Part shown: positions 1-9,103 of the stretch, piece by piece
Layout of the letters: every line of letters begins with the position of its first letter
Numbering within the stretch: position 1 is the first letter of the stretch
The notes under the pieces: model-generated
The model's input: the letters and a program-made list of their open reading frames with translations, nothing else
The model's database searches: none
What the model was told of the DNA's origin: nothing
Made by a program: the position numbers and the translations under genes
Assembly (NCBI GenBank): GCA_964016885.1
Contig: OZ024749.1
Coordinates: forward strand, 20,398,001-20,462,000
From: Eledone cirrhosa
Taxonomy: Eukaryota
DNA length: 64,000 bases
Reading direction: 5' to 3'

Positions 1-137
1 GCGAGTATGTTTTATTTTCGTAATATAAAATTTAAAAAATAGTTGTGATGTACGCAATCAGTTGTGTGTGTGTGGCCCTCAGACAACACATATGTGACCC
101 ATGTGGACCTCGGGGGACCCTCAGTTTGACATGCCTG
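1..137. mobile_element. Right end of a hAT (Charlie-type) DNA transposon/MITE
   Basis: Ends GTTTGACATGCCTG (124-137; reverse complement CAGGCATGTCAAAC, a Charlie/hAT-type TIR), followed by 8-bp TTCTAGGC resembling the NTCTAGAN hAT target site. The other end is outside the window. Confidence 0.6.
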
Positions 138-405
138 TTCTAGGCGACATTACTCAAAAGTTTTGCAACTGCCCTTTGTGCGCTTTCTCCACTCAGCTCT
201 ATTTAGCGCTATCTCCTCCTAGTTTTCTATATCAAATGCCAGCTCTTTGAGGTTGTTCTTGATGCTGACCCTGAACCTCATTTTCGGTTTGTGTTGAGGT
301 CTTTTCCCAAGATGGAGCTCACAGTAAAACAGTTGCTTCGGTATCCTGCCTTCTTTCATGCGGACGATATATCCTGTCCAGCGCATTTGAGATGTTACTT
401 GGGAC
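138..405 (-). mobile_element. RTE (BovB-like) LINE 3' ORF fragment, degraded
   Basis: Minus-strand translation QMRWTGYIVRMKEGRIPKQLFYCELHLGKRPQHKPKMRF... matches the RTE C-terminal motif (RWxGHVxRM..RxPKxxxYxEL..GxR). In-frame stop at 219-221. Confidence 0.85.
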
Positions 406-645
406 TCAATGCTTGGACATACATACATATTTATGCATGTAATAACTGTATGTACACATGTACAGATTCAAAGCATATGCACAGGCACACATGTAACTCA
501 AAACACCCACATCTACACATATAATAACATCCATATCTGCAGACACACGCATACATATCTACCTAGTTGATGAGAGAGTCTTGTGTCTATGTTAGAAACT
601 GACTCTCTCCCTATTGGTAAAAATTTACAGTCATAAAACCAGAAG

Positions 646-730
<85 letters not shown>
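646..730. repeat. (CA)n microsatellite
   Basis: About 42 perfect CA units. Confidence 0.97.
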
Positions 731-732
<2 letters not shown>

Positions 733-797
733 AAGAAACAGTTTTGTATCAGAGAACCAAAGGGCGGTTTTATGCAGTTTCGTATCAAAAGGGTTAA
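731..797. mobile_element. piggyBac-like transposon terminus fragment
   Basis: Ends ...GTATCAAAAGGG|TTAA (TTAA at 794-797), i.e. TTAA-CCCTTTTGATAC on the minus strand, the piggyBac TTAA+CCC terminus. No partner end seen. Confidence 0.5.
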
Positions 798-871
798 CGA
801 ATATTAGGTCACTACTTCTAGCCAGCAGGTCGAATGATCACGCAGAGAAGTCATTGTTGGTTCGTGCAAAC

Positions 872-1440
872 ATACGTCACTTCCGGGGGTTGCTGCGAGG
901 TAAATGGTGTGACGTAACCAAGACTACGTCACTTCCAGAAGTTGCTGGGGGGGGGGGGGGGGGGCAAATTGTGTCATGTGACAAAGACTACGTAATTTCC
1001 GGAAGTTGCTGCGGGGTAAATGGTGTGACGTGACCAAGACTACGTCACTTCCGGAAGTTGCTCGGGGGGCAAATTGTGTCATGTGACCAAGACTACGTAA
1101 TTTCCGGAGGTTGCTGCGGGGTAAATGGTGTGACGGGACCAAGACTACGTCACTTCCGGAAGTTGCTCGGGGGGCAAATTGTGTCTTGTGACCAAGACTA
1201 CGTAATTTCCGGAAGTTTCTGCCGGGTAAATGGTGTGACGTGACCAAGACTACGCTATTTCCGGAGGTAAATTGTGTCATGTGACCAAAACTACGTCACT
1301 TCCGGAGGTTGCTGCAAGGCAAATGGTGTCATGTGACTACGTCACTTCCGGGGGTTGCTGATGGTGTCATGTGACGAAGACTACGTCACTTCCGGAGGCT
1401 AATGCAGGGCAAATGGTGTCATGTGACCAAAACTACGCCA
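872..1440. repeat. CpG-rich tandem repeat, ~52-53 bp monomers in a 105-bp A/B dimer, carrying ETS, CRE-half and E-box motifs
   Basis: About 11 monomers. TAAATGGTGTGACG recurs at 1017, 1122 and 1227 (105-bp spacing). Core GACTACGTCACTTCCGG alternates with GACTACGTAATTTCCGG. Confidence 0.9.
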
Positions 1441-1547
1441 TAAAAGTTTTACTAGACAGAATCTCTACTGGTTTATTTTTGGTAGACAAAATCTGGAGTA
1501 GTTTATTTTATTAAGTAGTACCACACTGGTCATGACTTAGAGGACTG

Positions 1548-1859
1548 TTAGAGAGAGGAGGGAGGAGGGAGAGAGAGGGGGAAGAGAGAGGAAGAGAGAA
1601 GAGAGGGTGAGTGGAGGGAGAGAGGTGGGGGAGAAATGAGAGAGATAGGAGAGAGTGGAGAGAGAGAGTTGGAGTAAGGGAGAGAGAGAGAGATGAGAGA
1701 GAGGAGGGAGAGAGAGTGGAGAGAGAGAGATGAGAGAAAGTGAGGGGCAGAAGTAAGAGAGGGAGCAAGATATAAAGTGCGAGAAAGGTATATATAGAAA
1801 AGAAGAGAGGGTGAGAGAGAAACAGAAAGAGAGAGATAGATAGAGAGATAGATAGAGAG

Positions 1860-1890
<31 letters not shown>

Positions 1891-1985
1891 TATATAGAGA
1901 GAGAGAGAATGCGAATGTATGACGGAGATAAAAAGAGAGGGAAAAGTGGAGAGAGGGAAAAGAGGAGAGAGAGAAGGGGATAGAA
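1548..1985. repeat. Polypurine (GA/GATA)-rich low-complexity tract
   Basis: Almost exclusively A/G on the + strand, with (GA)n and (GATA)n runs. Confidence 0.9.
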
Positions 1986-2249
1986 TGCGGGTGTAAGATG
2001 GAGTTAGGAATTCGTTTATAATAAAGAGGAAATGGTCGGGGTAGGGGGTTGTTTGAATTACCCCCTACCCACCCCTCTATACATAAATAAAGTATTTGAA
2101 GCGTAACAGTGTGTGTCAATTCTCACTGAGAATTAGCACTCCAGCGCCCTCTAGCACAATTTTAAAACTAACTACATTCTTTATTTTTACTTCAGCGTCA
2201 CATCCCTCTAAAATACTTTTAGTACTACAGTTTTTATTATTTAAGGCCA

Positions 2250-2445
2250 CAAGGGCGGTGGATTGGCAGTATCGGTAGAGTCGGACACCATGCTTTGCAG
2301 CATAGAGTTACGGCTCTTTACGGTCTGAGTTCAAGTCCTGCCGAGATTAATTTTGCTTTCATCCTTATGTGGTCGATAAAATAAAGCACCAGTCATGCAC
2401 TGGGATAATTGCTGGTCTTGTGCCCCAAAGTAGAAACAATTATTT
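2250..2445 (+). mobile_element. tRNA-derived SINE (Deu/Nin-domain type), copy 1
   Basis: A-box-like TGGCAGTATCGG, B-box-like GAGTTCAAGTCC, core CTTTCATCCTT..GGTCGATAAAATAAAG.ACCAG and tail GGTCTTGTGCC..AAAGTAGAAACAATTATT. Homologous to the copies at 2447, 10226 and 16566. Confidence 0.85.
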
Positions 2446-2446
2446 A

Positions 2447-2800
2447 TCAGCGGTGGATTTGCAGAATCGATAGCGTCGGGTAACATGCTTTGCGGCATAG
2501 AGTTACGGCCCTTTACGTTTTGAGTTCAAATCCCGCCGAAGTTAGCTTTGCCTTTCATCCTTAGAGGGGGGGGGCGATCAAATAAAGTACCAGTAATGCA
2601 CTGGGCCGATAAAATAAAGTACCAGTAATGCATTGGGGTCAATGAAATGAAGTACCAGCAACACACTGGAGTTGATAAAATGAAGTACCAGGAACACACT
2701 GGGGTCGATAAAATGAAGTACCAGGAACACTCTGGAGGTCGATAAAATGAAGTACCAGCAACGCACTTTCCTCTGGCTTTGTGCCAAAAGTAGAAATAAC
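2447..2800 (+). mobile_element. Same SINE family, copy 2, with internal 6 x ~33 bp tandem expansion
   Basis: Head GGTGGATTTGCAGAATCG and B box GAGTTCAAATCCC. The segment GATAAAAT(A/G)AAGTACCAG...CACTGGG is repeated six times (2575-2767) before the normal tail. Confidence 0.85.
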
Positions 2801-2984
2801 TCTTTATCACCACAAGGGTCGCACCATTCGATAAGAAAAAACTTCACTAGGGTGAGATCTGAAGGAGATCTGTGTCTCTATTTTTAGCAGGACAAACGAC
2901 CCCGTAGAATGACTTCCCTCGTTAGTTCGTAATTATCAACGAGAGGTGCAGTAAATGAGTTAAAATACCAGAGATCGCGGCACA

Positions 2985-3780
2985 GGGGAAGGGCGGTATG
3001 TGTGGTGGGTGGGGAACAGTAGGTCAAAATAGCAGTGTAGGGTGGGTGGGTAAATATGACCAGAGTGGGTGGAGTAGGGGCCAGGGACGCCAGGAGTGGA
3101 TGGTAGGAGATAATAGCAGAAGAGGGAAGGAAAGTTGTAAAATACAAAAGCTGGCTGGGCTCGGTCGGTCGCGGAGGGGGAGGGGGGCACAGAATTCTTG
3201 GTTAAGGCTAGAGGTGATGGTGGTGGTGGGGAGTGAGCAAATCATTAGGGCTTGGGTCAGTCGATCCGGGGTCGGGGGGGGCTTGGGGTTATGGGTGTAG
3301 GGGTGGGCGCGAGCAAATTATTAGGACTTGGGTCAGTCGGTCATGGGGGCGGGCGGGGGGCATTGAACTTGTAGAGACTGAGCAAAAGACCAGGGCTGTG
3401 GTGGGGGTAGTGGGAAGGTTGTCGGTGGAGAGGAGGTGGGGGTGAACAAACCACTAGAAATGTGGCTTGTCGGTAGGGGTGGGTTGCAAATACGGTTGGG
3501 GATGGGGTGTTCAGCAATAATAGCAGGACTGAGGTAGGAAAGGGCTTTCAGGTTGTGGTTGGTAGGTGGGTTGAGCAAAAATACTAGGGCTGATGGCGGC
3601 GGCGGTGGACGGGGGGGGGGGGTAGAGAAAAGTCTGTCGGTATGGGATAGGGGTAGAAATAAGGGTAGAGAATAGCAGGTAAGGAGGTGGGGTAAAGTAG
3701 GGGGTAAGGAATAGGGGTAGAGAGTAGGGGGTAAGGAGTAGGGGTAAAGTAGGGGTATGGACTGGGAGGGGGGGGGGAAT
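2985..3780. repeat. G-rich, strand-asymmetric low-complexity region with degenerate repeats
   Basis: Numerous G3-G11 runs on the + strand; GAGCAAAT(C/T)ATTAGG.CTTGGGTCAGTCG duplicated (3235, 3311); GTAGGGG(G)TAAGGA-type repeats at 3645-3760. Confidence 0.75.
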
Positions 3781-3903
3781 ATGCGAGGCTATGAAAATGT
3801 TAGGAAGTGCATGAAGGTCTGTGAGGGTTTGTTTGTCTAACCCATTGCATTATAGCCGACATCCTGTAATAATCCCAGCCTGTGTATTCTACCCCCTCTC
3901 CCT

Positions 3904-4156
3904 CACACATATATATATAATTATACACACACACGCATATATATATAGCTATACACACACATATATATATATATATATAGCTATACACACACATATATAT
4001 AGCTATACACACACACACATATATATATATATAGCTATACACCCACATACATATATATATATATATAGCTATACACACACATATATATATATATAGTTAT
4101 ACACACAGACACATATATATATAGCTATACCCACACACATATATATATATATATAT
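3904..4156. repeat. Compound (CA)/(TA) micro/minisatellite with GCTATACAC anchors
   Basis: Repeated GCTATACACAC..ATATATATA units. Confidence 0.9.
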
Positions 4157-4311
4157 TTATTAAAATAACAAATTAAAGTTTAAGCAAGGAATCGCTGCTT
4201 TCACCCTTATATATTCTTATATATTTGATATATATTTAACCTTATAGAGATTTCTTTGGATTTTAGTCTTCAAATCTATTATTATTACTATATATATATA
4301 TATATAGCCAT

Positions 4312-4342
<31 letters not shown>

Positions 4343-4352
4343 GTTATACACA

Positions 4353-5820
4353 CTGTGTGAGGAGTGCGATGCTGCATGGTAGTGAGAGATGGGCAGCAAC
4401 TACAGAGGATATGTGATGGCTGGATGTGTAATGTCAATGTGTGTGAACGACCCAGCATAGATGAGTTGAGAGAGAAACTGTGTATAAGAGGGATAAGTTG
4501 TAGTGTGGAGGAGAGAAGACTGAGGTGGTATGGACATGTGATGTGTTGAGAGAGAAACTGTGTCTGAGAGGGATAAGTTGTAGTGTGGAGGAGAGAAGAC
4601 TGAGATGCTATGGACATGTGATGTGTTGAGAGAGAAACTGTGTATAAGAGGGATAAGTTGTAGTGTGGGGGAGAGAAGACTGAGATGGTATGGACATGTG
4701 ATGTGTTGAGAGAGAAACTGTGTCTGAGAGGGATAAGTTGTAGTGTGGAGGAGAGAAGACTGAGATGCTATGGACATGTGATGTGTTGAGAGAGAAACTG
4801 TATATAGGAGGGATAAGTTGTAGTGTGGAGGAGAGAAGACTGAGATGGTATGGACATGTGATGTGTTGAGAGAGAAACTGTGTATAAGAGGGATAAGTTG
4901 TAGTGTGGAGGAGAGAAGACTGAGATGGTATGGACATGTGATGTGTTGAGAGAGAAACTGTGTATAAGAGGGATAAGTTGTAGTGTGGGGGAGAGAAGAC
5001 TGAGGTGGTATGGACATGTGATGTGTTGAGAGAGAAACTGTGTATAAGAGGGATAAGTTGTAGTGTGGGGGAGAGAAGACTGAGGTGGTATGGACATGTG
5101 ATGTGTTGAGAGAGAAACTGTGTATAAGAGGGATAAGTTGTAGTGTGGGGGAGAGAAGACTGAGGTGGTATGGACATGTGATGTGTTGAGAGAGAAACTG
5201 TGTCTGAGAGGGATAAGTTGTAGTGTGGAGGAGAGAAGACTGAGATGGTATGGACATGTGATGTGTTGAGAGAGAAACTGTGTATAAGAGGGATAAGTTG
5301 TAGTGTGGGGAGAGAAGACTGAGATGGTATGGACATGTGATGTGTTGAGAGAGAAACTGTGTCTGAGAGGGATAAGTTGTAGTGTGGAGGAGAGAAGACT
5401 GAGGTGGTATGGACATGTGATGTGTTGAGAGAGAAACTGTGTCTGAGAGGGATAAGTTGTAGTGTGGAGGAGAGAAGACTGAGATGGTATGGACATGTGA
5501 TGTGTTGAGAGAGAAACTGTGTTGAGAGGGATAGAATGTAGTGTACGAGAGAGGAGACTGAGGTGGTATGGACATGTGATGCGCATGGAGGATGACCAAT
5601 GGGTGAAGAAGTGCCAGGAAATGCCAGTTGAAGGAAGACGTGGTAGAGGTAGACCACGAAAAACATGGGCCGGAGGTGATGAGAACAGACCTCAGATTGA
5701 TGAAGCTCACGGTGGAGATGACGAGGGACCGTGACGAGTGGAGAGATGCTGTGCTGAATAAGACCCGTCCCACCCTTGCAAGCAGGGAAAAGCGGACGTA
5801 AAATGATGATGCTGATTATG
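4353..5820 (+). mobile_element. 5'-truncated RTE LINE 3' end, same family as 10630-13253, with internal tandem expansion
   Basis: 4353-4460 aligns to 12794-12930 (with a small deletion); 5505-5810 is nearly identical to 12933-13240 (RWYGHVMRMEDDQWVKKCQEMPVEGRRGRGRPRKTW). Ends in an (ATG)n tail. Confidence 0.92.
4461..5580 (+). repeat. 80-bp tandem array (14 copies) derived from RTE ORF sequence
   Basis: Unit ATGTGTTGAGAGAGAAACTGTGT(AT/CT)..GAGGGATAAGTTGTAGTGTGG(A/G)GGAGAGAAGACTGAG(A/G)TGGTATGGACATGTG. The phase repeats every 80 bp, with one 79-bp copy near 5310. Confidence 0.95.
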
Positions 5821-5855
5821 TTGACACTCATACATATATAACTATACTCACACTA

Positions 5856-6421
5856 TGCATATGTGTATATATATGTATGTATATATATGTGCATATGTGT
5901 ATGTGTATGTGTATGTGTATGTATATGTATGTGTATGTATATATATATGTATATGTATATGTATATATATGTGTATGTGTATGTGTATGTATATATATAT
6001 GCATATGTGTATGTATATGTGTGTGTATGTATGTGTATATACATATATATATGTATGTATATGTATATGTGTATATATATATGTATATGTGTGTGTATGT
6101 ATATATATGTGTGTATGTATATGTATGTGTATATATATGTATGTATGTGTGTATGTATATGTATATGTATGTATATATATATGTGTGTATATATATGTGT
6201 ATATATATATGTATATATATATGTATGTATATATATATGTATATATATGTGTATGTATATGTATGTATATATATATGTATGTATATATATATATGTATAT
6301 ATATATGTGTATATGTGTATATATATATATGTATATATATATATGTATATATATATATGTATATATATATGTATATATATATGTATATGTATATGTATAT
6401 ATATGTGTGTATATATATATG

Positions 6422-6461
<40 letters not shown>

Positions 6462-6861
6462 TGTATGTATGTGTATATGTATGTATGTGTGTATGTATGT
6501 ATATATATATGTATGTATATATATATGTATGTATGTGTATATGTATGTATGTGTATATGTATGTATATATATATGTATGTATGTATATATGTGTGTATAT
6601 ATATGTATGTATATATATATATATGTATGTATATATATATATGTATATATATATGTATATGTGTATGTATGTATGTGTGTATGTGTATGTGTATGTATAT
6701 ATGTATGTATATATATATATGTATGTATATATATATGTATGTATATATATATATGTATATATATATGTGTATATATATGTATGTATATATATATATGTAT
6801 ATATGTATATGTATATGTATATATATGTGTGTATATATATGTGTATGTATATATGTATGTA
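5856..6861. repeat. ~1 kb compound (TA/TG/TATG)n microsatellite
   Basis: Almost only alternating T-purine dinucleotides. This tract is the source of the spurious YI/MYV ORFs. Confidence 0.97.
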
Positions 6862-7424
6862 CAACCTGTCTCATGGTCGGGTCGTTGGCGACTAAACTGG
6901 CAACCCCACCAAGGTTTCTTGGTGAGGAGGGTGACTTTGGACATCCTGCAGGACTAAAAACAAAACCTGTCAAAGGGCAAAGGAGCTCTTAAGAGTCAAT
7001 GGCCATCCCAAATCACCGGGAGAGATGACCCCTTAGCCTTTGTCAAGGCAGAATTCTAGGAGAAGGAAAACTCTGATATAACACCTGCAACCCTGATGGT
7101 ATCCAATGATGTTGACTTGTTCTTCTTTTTGGTAAATATCATCTTGGTTAAGAGAGTGGGACTGGCTTTGTGCAGTGCCTTTGCTCACTATAAAAGCTTC
7201 ACGGCACAGGCATTGCTTTATATCTGGAGATCTCTCTGCACTTGTCGTCACATGGTACCATGGGCCCAGCACTATGTGTCAATAATTGTCACAGGTGTAG
7301 TGTTTGTACCAGAGTTTTCAAGTCACTGGCTGGACTAAAAAGTCACACTCGTTCAGCGCATCGGTAGGGGTTCTCCTACATGGATATAAAGTAGTGGCCG
7401 TACTCGAAAACGAGTTGGCAGCCA

Positions 7425-7428
<4 letters not shown>
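6862..7428 (+). mobile_element. Non-autonomous bipartite RTE derivative (5'-UTR part fused to 3' ORF end and tail)
   Basis: 5' part contains CTAGGAGAAGGAAAACTCTGA (RTE 5'-UTR-type motif). 7287-7367 encodes CHRCSVCTRVFKSLAGLKSHTRSAHR* (RTE/BovB C-terminal C2H2 finger). 3' stem-loop ACTCG-AAAA-CGAGT at 7402-7415, then (TA)n. Confidence 0.75.
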
Positions 7429-7493
<65 letters not shown>

Positions 7494-7497
<4 letters not shown>

Positions 7498-7643
7498 TTT
7501 ATCCCAGGTTCAATCAGGGGTAACCACAGTAAGTAAGGTACTCAATACATAGCAGGGTATAAATATTTAATATAGAAAGCCCCTGATGATTTCTCCCAAA
7601 TGAAACAGTTCTAGTCCTGTAGAAGCCTTTCTATATTAAATAT
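7494..7643 (+). mobile_element. Penelope-like pseudo-LTR fragment with degenerate hammerhead ribozyme core
   Basis: Lies between (TA)n tracts. CTGATGA (7583-7589), GAAA (7602-7605) and ACAG/CTGT-A stem III are enclosed by a 17-bp inverted repeat (7563-7579/7627-7643). Confidence 0.55.
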
Positions 7644-7693
7644 ATATATATATATATATATATACACACTCATATATACATACATTATTACTT

Positions 7694-7733
7694 TAATTGC
7701 TGGCCTTGTGCCTAAAGTAGAAACAATTATTAC
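7694..7733 (+). mobile_element. SINE 3' tail fragment
   Basis: TAATTGCTGGCCTTGTGCCTAAAGTAGAAACAATTATTA is identical to the tail at 10377-10415. Confidence 0.75.
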
Positions 7734-7756
7734 TTTATAAAGTAGGTCAATAAGTT

Positions 7757-7794
<38 letters not shown>

Positions 7795-7914
7795 GTCACA
7801 TATACATATATTATTACTTTATAAAGTAGGTCAACAAGTTGGCCCTTAATGAACCTCCTCCTGTATTTTATGGAAGGAGGGACAGTTCACTGCTGTTAGC
7901 TGCATATACAATAC

Positions 7915-7945
<31 letters not shown>

Positions 7946-7951
<6 letters not shown>

Positions 7952-8130
7952 TTGAAAAAAGGAAAAGAATGACTTCACTTGTAGTGTTAAATAATTTGAT
8001 TTAAATTTTATATTATAATATTATGAGCAACTCATAATATTATAATATAATAATATTATAATATTATAAAATTAAATCAAATTATTTAACACTACAAGTG
8101 AAGTCATTCTTTTCCTTTTTTTCAAATATA
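7946..8130. repeat. Long AT-rich inverted repeat (foldback) with nested hairpin
   Basis: Arms of ~58 bp (TTTGAAAAAAGGAAAAGAATGACTTCACTTGTAGTGTTAAATAATTTGATTTAA and its reverse complement) enclose an inner TATATTATAATATTATGAG-CAA-CTCATAATATTATAATATA hairpin. Confidence 0.9.
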
Positions 8131-8231
8131 CCTAACTGTACCAAGGATCTCACACATTTTCCAATATATATAAGCGTTAACCTAATATATCCTTTCCTGT
8201 ACTGATTGTGTTGTTATTTCTGTTTACCTTT

Positions 8232-8302
<71 letters not shown>

Positions 8303-8307
<5 letters not shown>

Positions 8308-8485
8308 AACAAGTAGGACCCCGACGGCAGAGCTCAAGCCATTTCGACGGTTAATTCTGGACTAGTTACTCGTTTCGACGGCTAATTCTGAACTCTTACT
8401 TGTTCCTATTACCCACTCTACTACCCTAAGTATTGAGTACTTTGGTGCATTATGGTCCATTTGGTTCCTTACCACATTTACTTTG
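8303..8485 (-). mobile_element. Probable Penelope-like fragment with terminal inversion
   Basis: Inserted in (TA)n; 13-bp inverted repeat at 8303-8315/8397-8409; minus strand carries GAAA-TGGC..GCCG-TC (hammerhead 3' half only); GTACTCAATAC shared with 7537-7547. Confidence 0.4.
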
Positions 8486-8518
<33 letters not shown>

Positions 8519-8521
<3 letters not shown>

Positions 8522-8720
8522 TCATCATCATCATCATCATCATCGTTTAACGTCCATATTCCACGCTTGCATGGGTTTGGACGGGAGTTTTCCTACTTGA
8601 GGCAAGAGTGGTTGTCTTGCTCGCATAGGACTGTCTGGTGGGGTTTCTACAGTTGGATGCCCTTCCTAACACCAACCACATTTACAGTGTGGGACTGGGA
8701 GGTTTTTACCGTGTTACCTA
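8519..8720 (-). mobile_element. RTE-related SINE/non-autonomous element
   Basis: Minus strand contains TGGTGTTAGGAAGGGCATCCAAC (identical to 10736-10758 in the LINE 5' UTR) and ends GCAAGCGTGGAATATGGACGTTAAACGATGATGATG, an RTE-type tail. Confidence 0.8.
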
Positions 8721-8769
8721 CACGGTCACGTTACAGCGTGGACTGTGTGTTTTTTTGTCGTGACACCTA

Positions 8770-8862
8770 CACGCTAGCATGGGTTAGACAGCCTGTCTAA
8801 CCCATGCTAGCGTGGAAGAACGGACGTAAAACGGTGATGATGATGATGATGATGATGATGAT
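8770..8862 (+). mobile_element. Short RTE-tail insertion with perfect 22-bp 5' foldback
   Basis: CACGCTAGCATGGGTTAGACAG-C-CTGTCTAACCCATGCTAGCGTG, followed by GAAGAACGGACGTAAAACGG and (TGA)n. Confidence 0.8.
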
Positions 8863-9062
8863 ATATATAAACAAGAGGTATAAGTCTATATTTCAAACAT
8901 ATATATATATATGAGACGGTCCAGGTTTGTTTATTAACTTGTTGGTTTTTTCGTTGCTTCGGTGTCATGGCTAGGTTTGCCTGCCACAGTTTTCAGGATT
9001 TCCTCTCCTTTGAGCACATTATTTACAGGGAACGGCGAGAGTCTATGGCTCCGTTAATGTAT

Positions 9063-9103
<41 letters not shown>

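Noticed and set aside
2884-3578. Pro/Gly-rich ORFs in the G-rich block
   Set aside because: Compositional artefacts with no recognisable protein motifs.
4288-5831. Minus-strand ORFs of 270-457 aa
   Set aside because: Antisense translation of the 80-bp LINE-derived tandem array.
5828-6992. Long YI/HT/MYV-rich ORFs in all six frames
   Set aside because: Translations of a dinucleotide microsatellite that lacks stop codons.
7728-7842. ~30-bp direct repeat flanking a (TA)n tract, considered as a TSD
   Set aside because: The enclosed sequence is only microsatellite; a local tandem duplication is the simpler explanation.
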